From positions 1,024,001-1,088,000 of the forward strand of contig OY820591.1 of NCBI GenBank assembly GCA_963555985.3: a stretch of DNA of 64,000 nucleotides, read 5' to 3'. The stretch is from Dehalococcoidia bacterium (lineage in GTDB: Bacteria > Chloroflexota > Dehalococcoidia > Bin125). The notes below the pieces were generated by a model. The model ran no database searches and was not told where the DNA came from. It saw nothing but the letters and a program-made list of their open reading frames with translations. The first letter of the stretch is position 1; each line of letters begins with the position of its first letter. The position numbers were made by a program, and so were the translations under genes. Below are positions 1 to 11,411 of this stretch, one piece after another.

Positions 1-2773
1 GATCGCCCCCCAACGGCCCCAGATCAATGATCCAGTCCGCGTTCTTGATCACGTCGAGGTGATGCTCGATCACCACCACCGTGTTGCCGCCGTCAACCAG
101 GCGCTGCAAGACCCCTAGCAGCGCCTCCACATCATGGAACGACAGCCCCGTCGTAGGTTCATCCAGCAGATACAACGTCCGCCCCGTTGAGCGCTTCGAA
201 AGCTCCGTGCTCAGCTTGACCCGCTGCGCCTCGCCGCCGGAAAGCGTGGTCGCCGGCTGACCCAGCCGGATGTAGCCCAGCCCGACCGCTTGCAGCGTCC
301 GCAGCTTGCGCGAGATCGCTGGATGCGCGTCGAACAGCTCTACGGCCTCGTCCACCGTCAGGTTCAGCACGTCGGCGATCGTGTGATCCTTGTAGCGAAT
401 CTCCAACGCCTCGCGGTTGTAGCGGTCGCCGTGGCAAACCTCGCAGGGCACGGTCACGTCGGGCAGGAACTGCATCTCGATCGTGTTGTACCCGTCACCG
501 CGGCAGGCTTCGCAGCGTCCGCCCTTGACGTTGAACGAGAACCGACCCGGCTTGTAGCCGCGCATTCGCGCTTCGGGCACCGACGCGAACAACTCCCGCA
601 CCGGAGTGAACAAGCCCGTGTATGTGGCCGGATTCGAGCGCGGCGTGCGCCCGATCGGCGACTGGTCGATATCGATCACCTTGTCGATCGCGTCTAGCCC
701 CTCCAACCCTGTCATCGCACCCGGCCGTCTGCGTGCGCCGTGCAACTGCTGGGCCGCGCTCGCATGGAGCAGGTCATTGACGAGCGTGCTCTTCCCCGAG
801 CCTGAAACGCCCGTCACGCAGATCAACGTGCCCAGCGGGAAACCCGCATCGATCCCGCGCAGGTTGTGCTCAGTCGCGCCCCGCACCCAAAGCGTGTCGC
901 CGTTGCCCGGCCGCCGCTCCGGCGGCATCGGTATGCTGCGCCGCCCGCTGAGATATGCGCCCGTCATCGATCCTTCGTGCTCCATGATCAACGACGGCGG
1001 CCCGGCCGCGACAATGTGGCCGCCGGCTTCGCCCGCGCCCGGTCCCATGTCCACGATGTAATCGGCCGCCCGCATCGTCGCTTCGTCGTGCTCCACGATC
1101 AGCACCGTGTTGCCCAGATCGCGCAGCCGCTTGAGCGTGCGGATCAGGCGCTCGTCGTCCAGCGGGTGCAAGCCAATTGAAGGCTCGTCGCAGACATAAA
1201 GCACCCCCATCAACGAAGAGCCGATCTGCGTCGCCAATCGAATCCGCTGCGCTTCCCCGCCCGAAAGCGTGCCCGCCGCCCGATCCAGGGTCAGGTAATC
1301 CAGCCCCACATCAACTAGGAACGTCAACCGCTCGCGGATCTCCTTCAGAATCTGAACCGCGATCGTCTGCTCACGCGGCGAGAGCGGCGAGCTCTCCCCG
1401 TTCAGCCGCTCCGACCAATCTCGCGCCGCCGCGACCGAGAGCCGCGTCACATCCACAATCGAGCGCGCGTCCACCTGTACCGCTCGCGATTCCGGTTTCA
1501 GCCGCGCCCCGCCGCAGGCGCTGCAATCCACAGCGGTCATGTAGCGCTCAATCTCCGCCCGCGACCAGTCCGAGTCCGTCTCTTTATGGCGGCGCGCGAG
1601 ATTGTGGATCACGCCCTCGTACTGAGTCTCATAGCGTCGCTGACGCCCCCGGTGATTGACGAAATCAACCACAATCGGCTCGGGCAGCCCGTAGAGCACT
1701 GCCTCGACCGCCTCCGACGGCAACTCCGCGAACGGTGTATCCGTCTCCCCCCCGAACTGCCCCAACACCGTCTCCATCATCTGCCGATACCAGCCCATGC
1801 TCCCGTTCGAGCGCGACCATGGCGCCACCGCGCCGCCGTCCAACGACTTGTTCATGTCGGGAATCACCAGCGCCGGATCCACCTCCATCGTCTGTCCCAG
1901 ACCGGTGCATTCCGCGCATGCCCCGTGCGGAGAGTTGAAGGAAAAACTGCGCGGCTCGATCTCGCCCAGCGCAAACATGTCGCGCGGACAGGCCAGCTGC
2001 TCGGAAAAAATCCGATCCTCATCCTCATCCAACACTCGCACGCGCACGATCCCGTCGCCCAGACCCAGCGCCTGCTCGATCGAGTCGGAGAGGCGGTTGG
2101 CAAGCGCCTGTCGAGCGTCCCGATCCGGTTCATCCTCTGGCAGTGCGATCCGATCCACGACCACATCAATCGAATGCCGCTTGTTCTTCTCTAGCTCGAT
2201 CTCCTCGTCCAACGAACGCACTTCGCCATCCACCCGCGCCCGCACGAAACCGCGGCTTCGCGCCTCCTCCAACACCTGCTGATGTTCGCCCTTGCGGTCG
2301 CGCACGACTGGTCCCAACACCATCAACCGCCGCCCCGCGCCCAGCGAGAGCACGCTATCCACCATCTGTTGCACCGTCTGCTGCGCAATCGGATCGCCGC
2401 AGATCGGACAGTGCGGCCGCCCCGCCCGCGCGAAGAGCAACCGCAAGTAGTCGTAAATCTCTGTCACCGTGCCCACGGTCGAGCGCGGATTGCGCGAGCC
2501 CGTCTTCTGATCGATCGAGATCGCCGGCGAGAGACCCTCGATGTAGTCCACATCGGGCTTCTCCATCCGCCCCAAAAACTGCCGCGCATACGCCGAAAGC
2601 GACTCGACATAGCGCCGCTGACCTTCCGCATAGATCGTGTCGAACGCCAGCGATGACTTGCCCGACCCCGACAACCCCGTGATCACCACAAGCTGATCAC
2701 GAGGAAGCTCGACATCGATGTCCTTCAGGTTGTGCTCGCGCGCGCCCCGCACAATGATCCGATCAGAAGGCAC
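1..2773 (-). CDS. uvrA: Excinuclease ABC subunit A (3' end lies outside the window)
   Basis: Manual minus-strand translation from GTG 2773 with upstream GAGGAG: [16 protein letters not shown], Walker A motifs GLSGSGKSS and [17 protein letters not shown] signatures, CxxC zinc fingers. Not in the ORF track because it runs off the window. Confidence 0.97.
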   Translation of the reverse strand, partial: MPSDRIIVRGAREHNLKDIDVELPRDQLVVITGLSGSGKSSLAFDTIYAEGQRRYVESLSAYARQFLGRMEKPDVDYIEGLSPAISIDQKTGSRNPRSTVGTVTEIYDYLRLLFARAGRPHCPICGDPIAQQTVQQMVDSVLSLGAGRRLMVLGPVVRDRKGEHQQVLEEARSRGFVRARVDGEVRSLDEEIELEKNKRHSIDVVVDRIALPEDEPDRDARQALANRLSDSIEQALGLGDGIVRVRVLDEDEDRIFSEQLACPRDMFALGEIEPRSFSFNSPHGACAECTGLGQTMEVDPALVIPDMNKSLDGGAVAPWSRSNGSMGWYRQMMETVLGQFGGETDTPFAELPSEAVEAVLYGLPEPIVVDFVNHRGRQRRYETQYEGVIHNLARRHKETDSDWSRAEIERYMTAVDCSACGGARLKPESRAVQVDARSIVDVTRLSVAAARDWSERLNGESSPLSPREQTIAVQILKEIRERLTFLVDVGLDYLTLDRAAGTLSGGEAQRIRLATQIGSSLMGVLYVCDEPSIGLHPLDDERLIRTLKRLRDLGNTVLIVEHDEATMRAADYIVDMGPGAGEAGGHIVAAGPPSLIMEHEGSMTGAYLSGRRSIPMPPERRPGNGDTLWVRGATEHNLRGIDAGFPLGTLICVTGVSGSGKSTLVNDLLHASAAQQLHGARRRPGAMTGLEGLDAIDKVIDIDQSPIGRTPRSNPATYTGLFTPVRELFASVPEARMRGYKPGRFSFNVKGGRCEACRGDGYNTIEMQFLPDVTVPCEVCHGDRYNREALEIRYKDHTIADVLNLTVDEAVELFDAHPAISRKLRTLQAVGLGYIRLGQPATTLSGGEAQRVKLSTELSKRSTGRTLYLLDEPTTGLSFHDVEALLGVLQRLVDGGNTVVVIEHHLDVIKNADWIIDLGPLGGD

Positions 2774-2813
2774 ACATCACTCCTCTCGACGCCATTGCAA
2801 CAGGCCCCGGCCC

Positions 2814-2887
2814 CGTCATTCCCGCGAAGCGGGGATCTTGCTCCCTATCGGGTGGAAGCCGGATTCCAGCTCAAGCATGGAATGACG
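2814..2887. repeat. REP-like palindrome pair, family 1 (CGTCATTCCCGCG...GGAATGACG)
   Basis: Inverted outer ends with two internal hairpins; related copies at 14189, 35167 and 60025. Confidence 0.8.
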
Positions 2888-3001
2888 AAGTCAGGTTCTG
2901 CAAAGGTCTCCGTTCACCAGCGCTCGTTATCTGGTCAGCGCTTCTGTCCTACGGTATCAGCGACGCCGCCTCCGCGTCCCGCCGCTGCCTATACTCGATT
3001 C

Positions 3002-5785
3002 ATGCCCACCGAAACCGAGACCGCCGCCCTCATCCCGCCGCAACCGCGCATCGTCATCTTCGACGCCTACGCGCTCATCTTCCGCGCCTACTTCGCCATG
3101 CAGCGCGCCAATCTGCGCACCAGCGGCGGCGAGCCCACCGGAGCCGTGCGCGGCTTCACCGCGACTCTGCTCCACATCATCAACACGCTGGAGCCAACCC
3201 ACGCTGCCTACGCCTTCGATGTCAGCGATGAAACCCTCTTCCGCCGCGAGACCTATCCCGAGTACAAGGCGCACCGCGAGCCGATGCCCGAGGACCTCCC
3301 AGTCCAGATCGAGCGCTGCCGCGAGATCGCCGAAGCCTTCTCGATCCCCATCTACGAAGCGCCCACCTTCGAGGCCGACGATGTGCTCGCAACGCTGGCC
3401 GATCAAGCCGTCGCCGCCGGCCTGGACACCTGGATCTGCACGCTCGACAGCGACCTCTTGCAGCTCGTCTCCGACAACGTGTCCGTCTACCTCTATAACC
3501 CCTACCGAAGCGAGTACATCTCCTACGACGGTCCCGCCGCCGTGCGCGAGAAGTACGACGTCGATCCAGTCCAGATCATCGACTACAAGGCCCTAGTCGG
3601 CGACAAGTCCGACAACATCCCCGGTGTCAAGGGGATCGGCAAGGTCGGCGCGGTCAAGCTGCTCAATCAATACGGCACGGTCGAGGGCATCTACGAGCAC
3701 ATCGCCGAAGTCAAGCCCGCCGGGACCAAGAAAAAGCTCGAAGCCGGCCACGCCGATGCCATTCTGAGCAAAGATCTCGCCACTATCCGCCACGATGCGC
3801 CCGTCCAACTTGACCTGGACGCAGCTGACGTCTCGCATTTCGAGCAGGATGCTGTCCTGAGCAAATTCGACGAGCTCGAATTCCGCACTCTCAAAGACCA
3901 GATCCCCGGCTCAGCCGCCGCGCTCTCAGAAGCCCCAATCGACGACTACGACCTCGTGCTCGACGAAGCGGGACTTCAGCGTTGGCTCGACCAAGCTCGC
4001 AACGCAGCTCTACTCGCGGTCGATCTCGAAACCTCATCCACAAACACGATCGACTGCGAAATCGCCGGCTACGCCCTCGCCGATGGCGAAGGTTCAGCCT
4101 GCTACATCCCCGTCGGACACCGCAACGAGGAGCGCCAACTCTCCCCCGAACTGGTCCGCGACGCGCTCCGTCCCATCCTCGAAGACCCCTCAGTACCCAA
4201 AGTCCTGCACAACGCCAAGTTCGACATGAAGGTGCTGCGCCGGCACGGGATCACCTTGCGCGGCCTCACCCACGACACGATGGTCGCTGCCTTTGTCCTC
4301 AGCGAAGAGCGAGTCGGACTCAAAGACTTGGCCCTCTCTCGGCTCGGCGTCTCGATGACGCCGATCGAAGACCTGATCGGCAAGGGCAAGAAACAGATCT
4401 CAATGGTCGACGTGCCGGCTGCCCAGGCAGGCCCGTATGCCGCCGCCGATGCAGACATGACCCTCCGATTGGCCGGACTGCTGCTCGCACAGCTCGTTGA
4501 CGAACCCAGCCTGGAGACGCTCTACCGCGAACTCGAAATACCCCTGATTCCGCTCCTGGTCGAGATGGAACTGGCCGGCGTCACACTGGACGCTTCCACG
4601 CTGGCCGAGCTCGATCTCACACTCGATCGCGACATCGCCACGATGACCCAAACCGTCTACGAGGACGCTGGCCACGAGTTCAACATCGGCTCGCCCAAGC
4701 AGCTCAGTAGCGTCCTCTTCGACGAACTCAAATTGCCCAAAACCCGCAAAACTTCGCAGGGTTTCTCCACTGATGCGCAACAACTCGAGCGCCTGCGCGA
4801 CGCGCATCCGATCATCGATCACGTCCTCCAGTGGCGCGAACTGACCAAACTTCGCTCCACCTACGTCGAATCCCTGCCCGACGAAATCCAGCCCGCGACC
4901 GGACGCATCCATACCGACTACAACCAGACCGTCGCCGCTACCGGACGCCTCTCCTCCGAACACCCCAACCTCCAGAACATCCCCGTTCGCACTCCCCAAG
5001 GCCGCGAAATCAGAGCCGCCTTCGTCCCCCGGGCGTGGGATACCCTCACCGGCGATGTCTGCTTCGTCAGCGCCGACTATTCCCAGATCGAACTTCGCGT
5101 CCTCGCCCATCTGTCCGCCGACGCCGGTTTGATCGACGCCTTCCAACGCGGCGAGGACATCCACGCCGCCACCGCCTCCGGCGCCTACGGCGTCTCCCTG
5201 GATGATGTCCAGCCGGAGATGCGCCGCGTCGCCAAGATGATGAACTTCGGAGTCATCTACGGACTCTCCGCGCACGGACTCTCTCAGCGCTCAGGCATGG
5301 AACGGCGCGACGCCCAGGCATTCATCAACGCCTACTTCGAGCGCTTTGCCCGGGTCCAGGAGTGGATCGAGGAAACCAAAGCCTCAACCAAAGAACGAGG
5401 CTACGCCGAGACCCTGCTGGGCCGCCGCCGCTACCTCCCCGCCGTCAACTCCTCCAACTTCCAGGCTCGCAGCGCGGCTGAGCGAATGGCAGTCAACATG
5501 CCCGTCCAGGGAACAGCCGCCGACGTGATGAAGCGCGCCATGCTCGACATCGACCAAGCGCTTCGAGACCGCGAATTGCGCTCGCGGATGCTGCTACAGG
5601 TACACGATGAGCTGATCTTCGAGACGCCGGCCGCCGAAGTCCACGACCTCAGCGCGCTGCTCTCCGAGCTCATGCCGGTTGCGATCGAGATGGTGGTCCC
5701 ACTTCAGATCGAAGTCAAGCAAGGCCCGAACTGGCGCGATCTGGAACCGCTCGTCCACACAGACAGCGCAGCGGCAGGAGGCTAA
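3002..5785 (+). CDS. polA: DNA polymerase I
   Basis: 5'-3' exonuclease (YKAHR, FEADD, GDKSDNIPGV), 3'-5' exonuclease, polymerase motifs ADYSQIELR, AKMMNFGVIYG, LQVHDEL. Start moved to ATG 3002. Confidence 0.97.
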   Translation: MPTETETAALIPPQPRIVIFDAYALIFRAYFAMQRANLRTSGGEPTGAVRGFTATLLHIINTLEPTHAAYAFDVSDETLFRRETYPEYKAHREPMPEDLPVQIERCREIAEAFSIPIYEAPTFEADDVLATLADQAVAAGLDTWICTLDSDLLQLVSDNVSVYLYNPYRSEYISYDGPAAVREKYDVDPVQIIDYKALVGDKSDNIPGVKGIGKVGAVKLLNQYGTVEGIYEHIAEVKPAGTKKKLEAGHADAILSKDLATIRHDAPVQLDLDAADVSHFEQDAVLSKFDELEFRTLKDQIPGSAAALSEAPIDDYDLVLDEAGLQRWLDQARNAALLAVDLETSSTNTIDCEIAGYALADGEGSACYIPVGHRNEERQLSPELVRDALRPILEDPSVPKVLHNAKFDMKVLRRHGITLRGLTHDTMVAAFVLSEERVGLKDLALSRLGVSMTPIEDLIGKGKKQISMVDVPAAQAGPYAAADADMTLRLAGLLLAQLVDEPSLETLYRELEIPLIPLLVEMELAGVTLDASTLAELDLTLDRDIATMTQTVYEDAGHEFNIGSPKQLSSVLFDELKLPKTRKTSQGFSTDAQQLERLRDAHPIIDHVLQWRELTKLRSTYVESLPDEIQPATGRIHTDYNQTVAATGRLSSEHPNLQNIPVRTPQGREIRAAFVPRAWDTLTGDVCFVSADYSQIELRVLAHLSADAGLIDAFQRGEDIHAATASGAYGVSLDDVQPEMRRVAKMMNFGVIYGLSAHGLSQRSGMERRDAQAFINAYFERFARVQEWIEETKASTKERGYAETLLGRRRYLPAVNSSNFQARSAAERMAVNMPVQGTAADVMKRAMLDIDQALRDRELRSRMLLQVHDELIFETPAAEVHDLSALLSELMPVAIEMVVPLQIEVKQGPNWRDLEPLVHTDSAAAGG

Positions 5786-5789
5786 TCAA

Positions 5790-6653
5790 ATGGGCGGCAT
5801 CTTTGCCACGATCGGCAACACTTGGCGCATCACCAAGATCAGCTGGCGCGTGCTCCAACTCGACCGCGAACTGATCTTCTTCCCAATCATGGGCACGCTC
5901 GGAGCAATCGTCGTCGGCCTGATTGCCGCCGGCGTCTTTGGCGCCGTCGGTACCTTCGACCGCCTCGGCAGCACCGGTGAGGCCGAGTTCAACATCGTTG
6001 ACGTCATCATCACGCTGATCGCCTACTTTGGCGGCCTCTACATCATCATCTTCTGTAATTCTGCCTTGGTCGCCGCAGCGCGTGAGCGGCTCGAAGGCGG
6101 AGATCCCAACGTCATGTCCGGCATTCGCGCCGTCGCCCCCATGTGGCTCGCCATCCTCGGTTGGACTCTGATCACCGGTACCGTCGGCCTGATCCTGCGA
6201 GCGCTCCAGGCCGCCGCCGAAAATCAGGACAGCCCCGTCGCCCGCATCGTCGGTACGATCCTGATCTCGATCATCGGCGCGGTCTGGGCCTACATCACCT
6301 TCTTCGTCATCCCCGTGTTGGTAGTCGAACGAGTCGGCCCGTTCTCCGCGATCCGGCGCTCCGCCGGCATGTTGCGCCGCAGCTGGGGCGAGCAGGTCAC
6401 CGCCCAATTTTCGTTCTTCTTCATGTACCTGCTCGCCATCCTGATCGTGGCAATCCCCGTCGTGATTCTCGCCTTCATCGCGCCGATCGCCGCAATCATC
6501 GCCGCCGTCATCCTCGGCGGACTGGCGCTCGCCTCCGTCGCCGCGATGGAAGGCATCTTCAAAGCCGCGCTCTACGAGTGGGTTTCCGAGGGCAAGGGCA
6601 GCGAGTGGTTCGACCGCGCCCTCCTCAGCAACGCCTACGCGATCAGGCAGTAG
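5790..6653 (+). CDS. Polytopic membrane protein (DUF6159-like)
   Basis: About 6 hydrophobic helices; FFVIPVLVVE..GPFSAIRRS..ML.RSWGE motif; GGAGG upstream of ATG 5790. Confidence 0.7.
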   Translation: MGGIFATIGNTWRITKISWRVLQLDRELIFFPIMGTLGAIVVGLIAAGVFGAVGTFDRLGSTGEAEFNIVDVIITLIAYFGGLYIIIFCNSALVAAARERLEGGDPNVMSGIRAVAPMWLAILGWTLITGTVGLILRALQAAAENQDSPVARIVGTILISIIGAVWAYITFFVIPVLVVERVGPFSAIRRSAGMLRRSWGEQVTAQFSFFFMYLLAILIVAIPVVILAFIAPIAAIIAAVILGGLALASVAAMEGIFKAALYEWVSEGKGSEWFDRALLSNAYAIRQ

Positions 6654-6660
6654 CGCCGGA

Positions 6661-7533
6661 ATGCCTGAACTGCCCGAAGTCGAAACCGTCCGCCGCGAAC
6701 TCGATCCACTCATTCGCGGACGCCGCATTACCGGCTTCGAGCTCGGCGAGGGCGCCGAGCGCCTGCTGCGCGGACGCGCCGCCGCCGAGATTCGCGCCGA
6801 ACTGACCGGCCGCGCCTTCACAGGCGCACGCCGCCGAGGCAAGTACTTAGGGCTCGATCTGGACGACGACCGTTGCTGCGTCGTCCACCTCCGCATGACC
6901 GGCTCGCTCCGCTTCCGAGCGCCCGCTTATCCAACCGAGCGTTTCACCCGCGCCGTCTTCCAACTCGATCATGGCGACCAACTCCGCTTCGTCGACATCC
7001 GCAAATTCGGCACGATCGACGTCGTCGATCAGATGCAGGACGCTCTGCCCGCACTCGGCCCCGAACCGCTCAGTGACGAATTCACCGTCGATGCGCTCTG
7101 GGATTCCTTGCGCGGACGCCACGCGCCCATCAAGGCCGCCCTCCTCGACCAACGCAACATCGCCGGCATCGGCAACATCTACGCCGACGAAGCGCTCTTC
7201 CTCGCCCGCCTCCATCCCGAAGCCCCCGCCGGCTCGCTCCGCCCACCCGAACGCCGCAACCTCCAAGCCGCCATCAGAGAAGTCCTGGAAGAGGGCGTCC
7301 AACACGGCGGCGCATCCTTCCGCGACTACACCAACGTCGAAGGCGAAGAAGGCCAACAGCAGTACTACGTCCGAGTCTTCCGCCGCACCGACCAACCCTG
7401 CGACATCTGCGCAACCACCATCCGCCGAACCATCGTCGCCGGCCGAGCCACCCACTGGTGCCCCAGGTGCCAATCCCCGCGTCAGGCATCCCGCCAGGTC
7501 AAGTCCACCCGGCCCCGGCGTCCGTCACGGTGA
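6661..7533 (+). CDS. mutM: Formamidopyrimidine-DNA glycosylase
   Basis: N-terminal MPELPEVE, RRGKYL, HLRMTG, GIGNIYADE, C-terminal CxxC...CPRCQ zinc finger. Confidence 0.97.
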   Translation: MPELPEVETVRRELDPLIRGRRITGFELGEGAERLLRGRAAAEIRAELTGRAFTGARRRGKYLGLDLDDDRCCVVHLRMTGSLRFRAPAYPTERFTRAVFQLDHGDQLRFVDIRKFGTIDVVDQMQDALPALGPEPLSDEFTVDALWDSLRGRHAPIKAALLDQRNIAGIGNIYADEALFLARLHPEAPAGSLRPPERRNLQAAIREVLEEGVQHGGASFRDYTNVEGEEGQQQYYVRVFRRTDQPCDICATTIRRTIVAGRATHWCPRCQSPRQASRQVKSTRPRRPSR

Positions 7534-7558
7534 TAGCCTCCCTCCAACGGAGGCCACC

Positions 7559-8461
7559 GTGACCGCCCAGCGACCCCAGAGCTACCCGCGCCAGCCCTAC
7601 CGGCAGACCGCCGACGATCGCAACCGTGATCTCGCCATTGCCAACTGCGAAGACTGCGGTGACGAATTCGACCTCACCGTCGCCGACCCGCGTGCCCGCG
7701 TCTGCGCTCCCTGCTTCGACCGCTCCCTCCACGCCCTCGAAGTCGCCTTCCTCGACAACTACGCCAAGTTCGGAGCCAAAGCCCACCGCACCGTCGCCGA
7801 AGCCCTCTTCCGCTCACAAGCCCTCGCCGATCCCGACGACCGCAAGGTGATCGGAATGCGCATCGTCGAGGAATACCTCAATGCCGCCCAGGAATTGATG
7901 GCGCTCTACGTTGCCCTCCGCCGCCGCCACGAACAGCCGCTGCTCAAGACCTTCATGAACTTCGAGCTCTCCGCCCCCTCGGTCAGCGCCTTCCGCATCC
8001 TCACCGCTGGGCGAAATTCCGAAGAGCTCTTGCGCGACCTGCAACTCCCCACGCTCGCCGACGTTGACGCCGCCCGCGGCGAAATCCCGCGCAAGGACTG
8101 GCGTCAATTCGCCGCCGCTGTGCTCGCCGTCGGCAACGGCATCGAGCGTGTCCAGAAGGTCGATCAGGGCGTTCTGCTCGAACTTGCCGACGGACTGCGC
8201 CAATCCACCGCTCTCACTCACAAGCTCGATTGGCTCCCCGAACGCCGCATGAACCCTGATCAAGTCGCCCTGATTGTGCTCAATCAGCGCCGCCGCGTCG
8301 TGCTCACCCACGCCCTCGCCATCCACGAGCCGCAGCTCGAAGTCTTCATCGACGCCATCGACAAGATCACCGCCGCCGCCCGCGACCTGATCTGGCTCTA
8401 TCTCCATATGCGCGACACCATGTCGCTCGAAGACAACATGAGCGAAAGAGGATCCGCATGA
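7559..8461 (+). CDS. Hypothetical protein with N-terminal CxxC-x16-CxxC zinc finger
   Basis: GTG 7559 after GGAGG; CEDC...CAPC followed by a helical body; stop overlaps next start (ATGA); host-like codon usage. Confidence 0.75.
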   Translation: MTAQRPQSYPRQPYRQTADDRNRDLAIANCEDCGDEFDLTVADPRARVCAPCFDRSLHALEVAFLDNYAKFGAKAHRTVAEALFRSQALADPDDRKVIGMRIVEEYLNAAQELMALYVALRRRHEQPLLKTFMNFELSAPSVSAFRILTAGRNSEELLRDLQLPTLADVDAARGEIPRKDWRQFAAAVLAVGNGIERVQKVDQGVLLELADGLRQSTALTHKLDWLPERRMNPDQVALIVLNQRRRVVLTHALAIHEPQLEVFIDAIDKITAAARDLIWLYLHMRDTMSLEDNMSERGSA

Positions 8462-9252
8462 GCGCTTCCCCGTTCTCGCTGGACGGACAGACGATCCTGA
8501 TCTCGGGCGCTGGTCGCGGCATTGGTCGCGCTGCGGCCGAACTCATCGCCCAGATGGGAGCGCGCGTGGCCCTCACCGCGCGCACAGCGCTCCAGGTCGA
8601 GCAGGTTGCCGAAGGCATCCGTGACAACGGCGGCGAAGCCTGGGCCTTCCGCGCCGATGTCGCCGTAATCGAAGACCACCAGTCCCTGCTCGAAGACGTG
8701 GAAGAGACCTGCGGCCCGCTCACCGGCCTGGTCAACGTCGCCGGCATCTCCCCAATCCTCCAGCGTGGCGAGCGCATCACCGCCGAACAGTACGACCAGA
8801 TCCAGAACATCAATCAGCGCGGAACTTTCTTTCTCACCCGCAACTTCGCCGCCCGCCTCATCGAAGCCGGGCGCGGCGGCTCGGTCGTCACCATCTCCTC
8901 CGTCGGTGCCGAATACGGCCTCCCCCGCCAAACCGCCTACGCCATGACCCGCGCCGCCGTCGAAGCCATGACCAAGACTCTCGCCGCCGAATGGGCCCAC
9001 GCTCTCGCCAACCCCATTCGCGTCAACTGCGTCGCCCCCGCCTTCATCGACACTCCCCTCACCGAGCCAATGCCCGGCTGGTACCGCAACCGGGTCGAGC
9101 AGCACACCGCCATGCGACGGCTCGGAGCCGACGACGAAGTTGCCGGAGCCGTCGCCTTCCTCCTCTCTGACGCCGCCAGCTACATCACCGGCACCGTAGT
9201 CCCCGTCACCGGCGGCTACGGTCTCTGGTCCCTGGACGCCCCGCCGACATAA
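8458..9252 (+). CDS. SDR family oxidoreductase
   Basis: SGAGRGIG, NVAG, YAMTR in place of YxxxK, RVNCVAP. Confidence 0.9.
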   Translation: MSASPFSLDGQTILISGAGRGIGRAAAELIAQMGARVALTARTALQVEQVAEGIRDNGGEAWAFRADVAVIEDHQSLLEDVEETCGPLTGLVNVAGISPILQRGERITAEQYDQIQNINQRGTFFLTRNFAARLIEAGRGGSVVTISSVGAEYGLPRQTAYAMTRAAVEAMTKTLAAEWAHALANPIRVNCVAPAFIDTPLTEPMPGWYRNRVEQHTAMRRLGADDEVAGAVAFLLSDAASYITGTVVPVTGGYGLWSLDAPPT

Positions 9253-9271
9253 CCCCGTTATCCCGGTTTCT

Positions 9272-9326
9272 CCTCTCCTCCCGCATTGCGGGAGGAGATG
9301 TCACGGAGTGACAGAGGGGGGGTCCG
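9272..9326. repeat. REP-like palindrome, family 2 (CTCTCC...GGAGATGTC...GACAGAGGGGG)
   Basis: Nested hairpins; closely related copies at 17784-17840 and inside ftsK at 19863-19940. Confidence 0.8.
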
Positions 9327-9430
9327 ACCACACGTAAGGGCGTCCTCAATCCAACCGCGCAAGGTCCCTCCACATGCGCAACAATGACGAAAACAGTCCC
9401 CCACCAATCGCTGACGAGAAAGCCCCGAAG

Positions 9431-10360
9431 ATGGCCGAAACCTACATCGCCGCCGCGATCCAACACGCCCCCGGCCTCAACCGCGAGGACGGTGTCGCCC
9501 GAGCAGTAGCCGCAATCGAAGCAGCCGCCCGCGAGGGCGCAACACTGATCGTCTTCCCCGAAACCTGGATCCCCTCCTATCCCTACTACCACTCCCGCGC
9601 CGCCGACCGCGCCGCCTTCAGCGCCCTCTACCAAAACACCTTCGAGAACGCCGTCGCCATCCCGGGACCCGACTTCAACCGCATCGCCGACGCCGCAGCC
9701 GTAGCGGGAGCGCACGTGGTGATCGGACTCAACGAGCGAGAACCCCACGCAGGCACGATCTACAACACGCTCGCCTACATCGGCCCCGACGGCTCCCTGC
9801 TCGGAAAACACCGCAAACTGGTCCCCACCCTCTCCGAGCGCCTCATCTGGGGTTACGGCGACGGCTCCGATCTCGATGTCTACGACACCGCCGTCGGACG
9901 TTTGGGCGGCCTAATCTGCTACGAACACCAGATGGCTCCTGCCCGCTACGCCCTCTCCACGCTCGGCATTCAGATACACGCATCCGTTTGGCCCGGCTGG
10001 GACATGCTCCACCCGATTGTTGACGCGGCAACCCGTCATCTCGCCTACGAAAACGCCTGCTACGTCGTGGTCGCACGCGAATTCATGTCGCCGGATCGCC
10101 TCCCCGCCGGAACGCCGCTGGCTGAAGAACCGTTCTGGGACGCAGGCGGCGGCAGCGCCATCATCGCCCCCGGCGGCAAGTACCTGGTCGAGCCCACGAT
10201 CGGCGAAGAGACCATCCTCTACGCCGAGATCGCTCTCTCCGCCACAATCGAGTCCAAGCGCTGGGTCGACAGCGCCGGTCACTACAGCCGCCCCGACGTC
10301 TTCCAACTCCACTGGGATCGTCGCCCCAAGACGCCGCTGGTCATCTATGACGACGAGTAA
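9431..10360 (+). CDS. Nitrilase (carbon-nitrogen hydrolase family)
   Basis: E-K-C triad in VFPE, HRKLVPT, LICYEH; C-terminal GHYSRPDVF. Confidence 0.92.
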   Translation: MAETYIAAAIQHAPGLNREDGVARAVAAIEAAAREGATLIVFPETWIPSYPYYHSRAADRAAFSALYQNTFENAVAIPGPDFNRIADAAAVAGAHVVIGLNEREPHAGTIYNTLAYIGPDGSLLGKHRKLVPTLSERLIWGYGDGSDLDVYDTAVGRLGGLICYEHQMAPARYALSTLGIQIHASVWPGWDMLHPIVDAATRHLAYENACYVVVAREFMSPDRLPAGTPLAEEPFWDAGGGSAIIAPGGKYLVEPTIGEETILYAEIALSATIESKRWVDSAGHYSRPDVFQLHWDRRPKTPLVIYDDE

Positions 10361-11411
10361 CTCCGATCTCCACGACGCCATCACCGACGTACCCGGCATC
10401 AAAGTCGGCCACTGGAGCGACCGCCAGGCCGCCACCGGCTGTACGGTCATCCTCTGCGAAGCGGGAGCAACGCCGGGCTTTTTCAACCCAGGCGGAGCAC
10501 CGGGCACCCTCGATACCGATATCACGCTCGCCGAAAACTCGATTCAAGAAGTGCACGCAGTCCTGCTCACGGGCGGCAGCACGATCGGCCTTGAAGCCGC
10601 AACCGGCGTCCGCCGTTACCTGCGCGAGCAAGGCGTCGGCCTGACTTTGGTTCCCAAACAGCCAACCATTCCGCTCGTGTTGGGAGCAGTCGTATTCGAT
10701 CTGAACATCGGCCGCCCCTCCAACCCAACCCCGGCCAACGGACGCACCGCCGCCCGTCGCGCCCGTAGCGGCCCAATCCGTCAAGGCACGGTCGGCGTCG
10801 GCACCGGCTGCACTGTGGCCAAGACCGGACGCGGAGACTCCGCAATCAAAGGCGGCGTCGGAACTGCCTCAATCACGCACGAATCCGGTCTCATCGTCGG
10901 CGCAATCGTCGCCACAAACTCGATCGGCGACATCATCGATCCCGACACCGGTGCACTGATCGCCGGAGCCCGAGGCAAAACCCGCGGCGAAATGCGACGC
11001 GCATCAACCGACCTCCTCAACCGCACCATCGCCGACTACGAAGCCGCGCTCAAAGAACGTCAGGGCATCCCGCCTGAACAACCCGGTGCAAACACGACTC
11101 TCTGTGCGATCGCCACCAACGCCAAACTCCACAAAGGCACGGCCAAGCGTGTCGCGATCATGGGTTCCGCCGGACTCGCCCGAACCATCAACCCCGTCTT
11201 CACACCCGGCGACGGCGACAGCGTCTTCACCCTCGCCACCGGCGAAATCGACGTCACCACCCTCCCCCAACTCCTCACCCTTACCGGCACAATGGCCGCC
11301 GAAGCCGTCGCCCGAGCGATCGTGCGCAGTGTCCAGGCCGCCGAGTCGCTGGCCGGCGTCCCCTCCGTCTCCGAGTGGACCAACCAAGCAGAACCCACGG
11401 AGCTTCAATGA
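10347..11411 (+). CDS. P1/S58 (DmpA-like) peptidase
   Basis: ITDVPGIKVGH, GGAPGT, LTGGS, GTVGVGTG, KGGVGTAS, NTT autoprocessing site, DGDSVF. Confidence 0.88.
   Translation: MTTSNSDLHDAITDVPGIKVGHWSDRQAATGCTVILCEAGATPGFFNPGGAPGTLDTDITLAENSIQEVHAVLLTGGSTIGLEAATGVRRYLREQGVGLTLVPKQPTIPLVLGAVVFDLNIGRPSNPTPANGRTAARRARSGPIRQGTVGVGTGCTVAKTGRGDSAIKGGVGTASITHESGLIVGAIVATNSIGDIIDPDTGALIAGARGKTRGEMRRASTDLLNRTIADYEAALKERQGIPPEQPGANTTLCAIATNAKLHKGTAKRVAIMGSAGLARTINPVFTPGDGDSVFTLATGEIDVTTLPQLLTLTGTMAAEAVARAIVRSVQAAESLAGVPSVSEWTNQAEPTELQ

Noticed and set aside
159-2682. Many + strand ORFs over the first 2.7 kb
   Set aside because: They are shadows of minus-strand uvrA, which the ORF track missed because it runs off the window.
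2774-3001. LexA box between uvrA and polA
   Set aside because: No convincing GAAC-N4-GTTC match found by eye.
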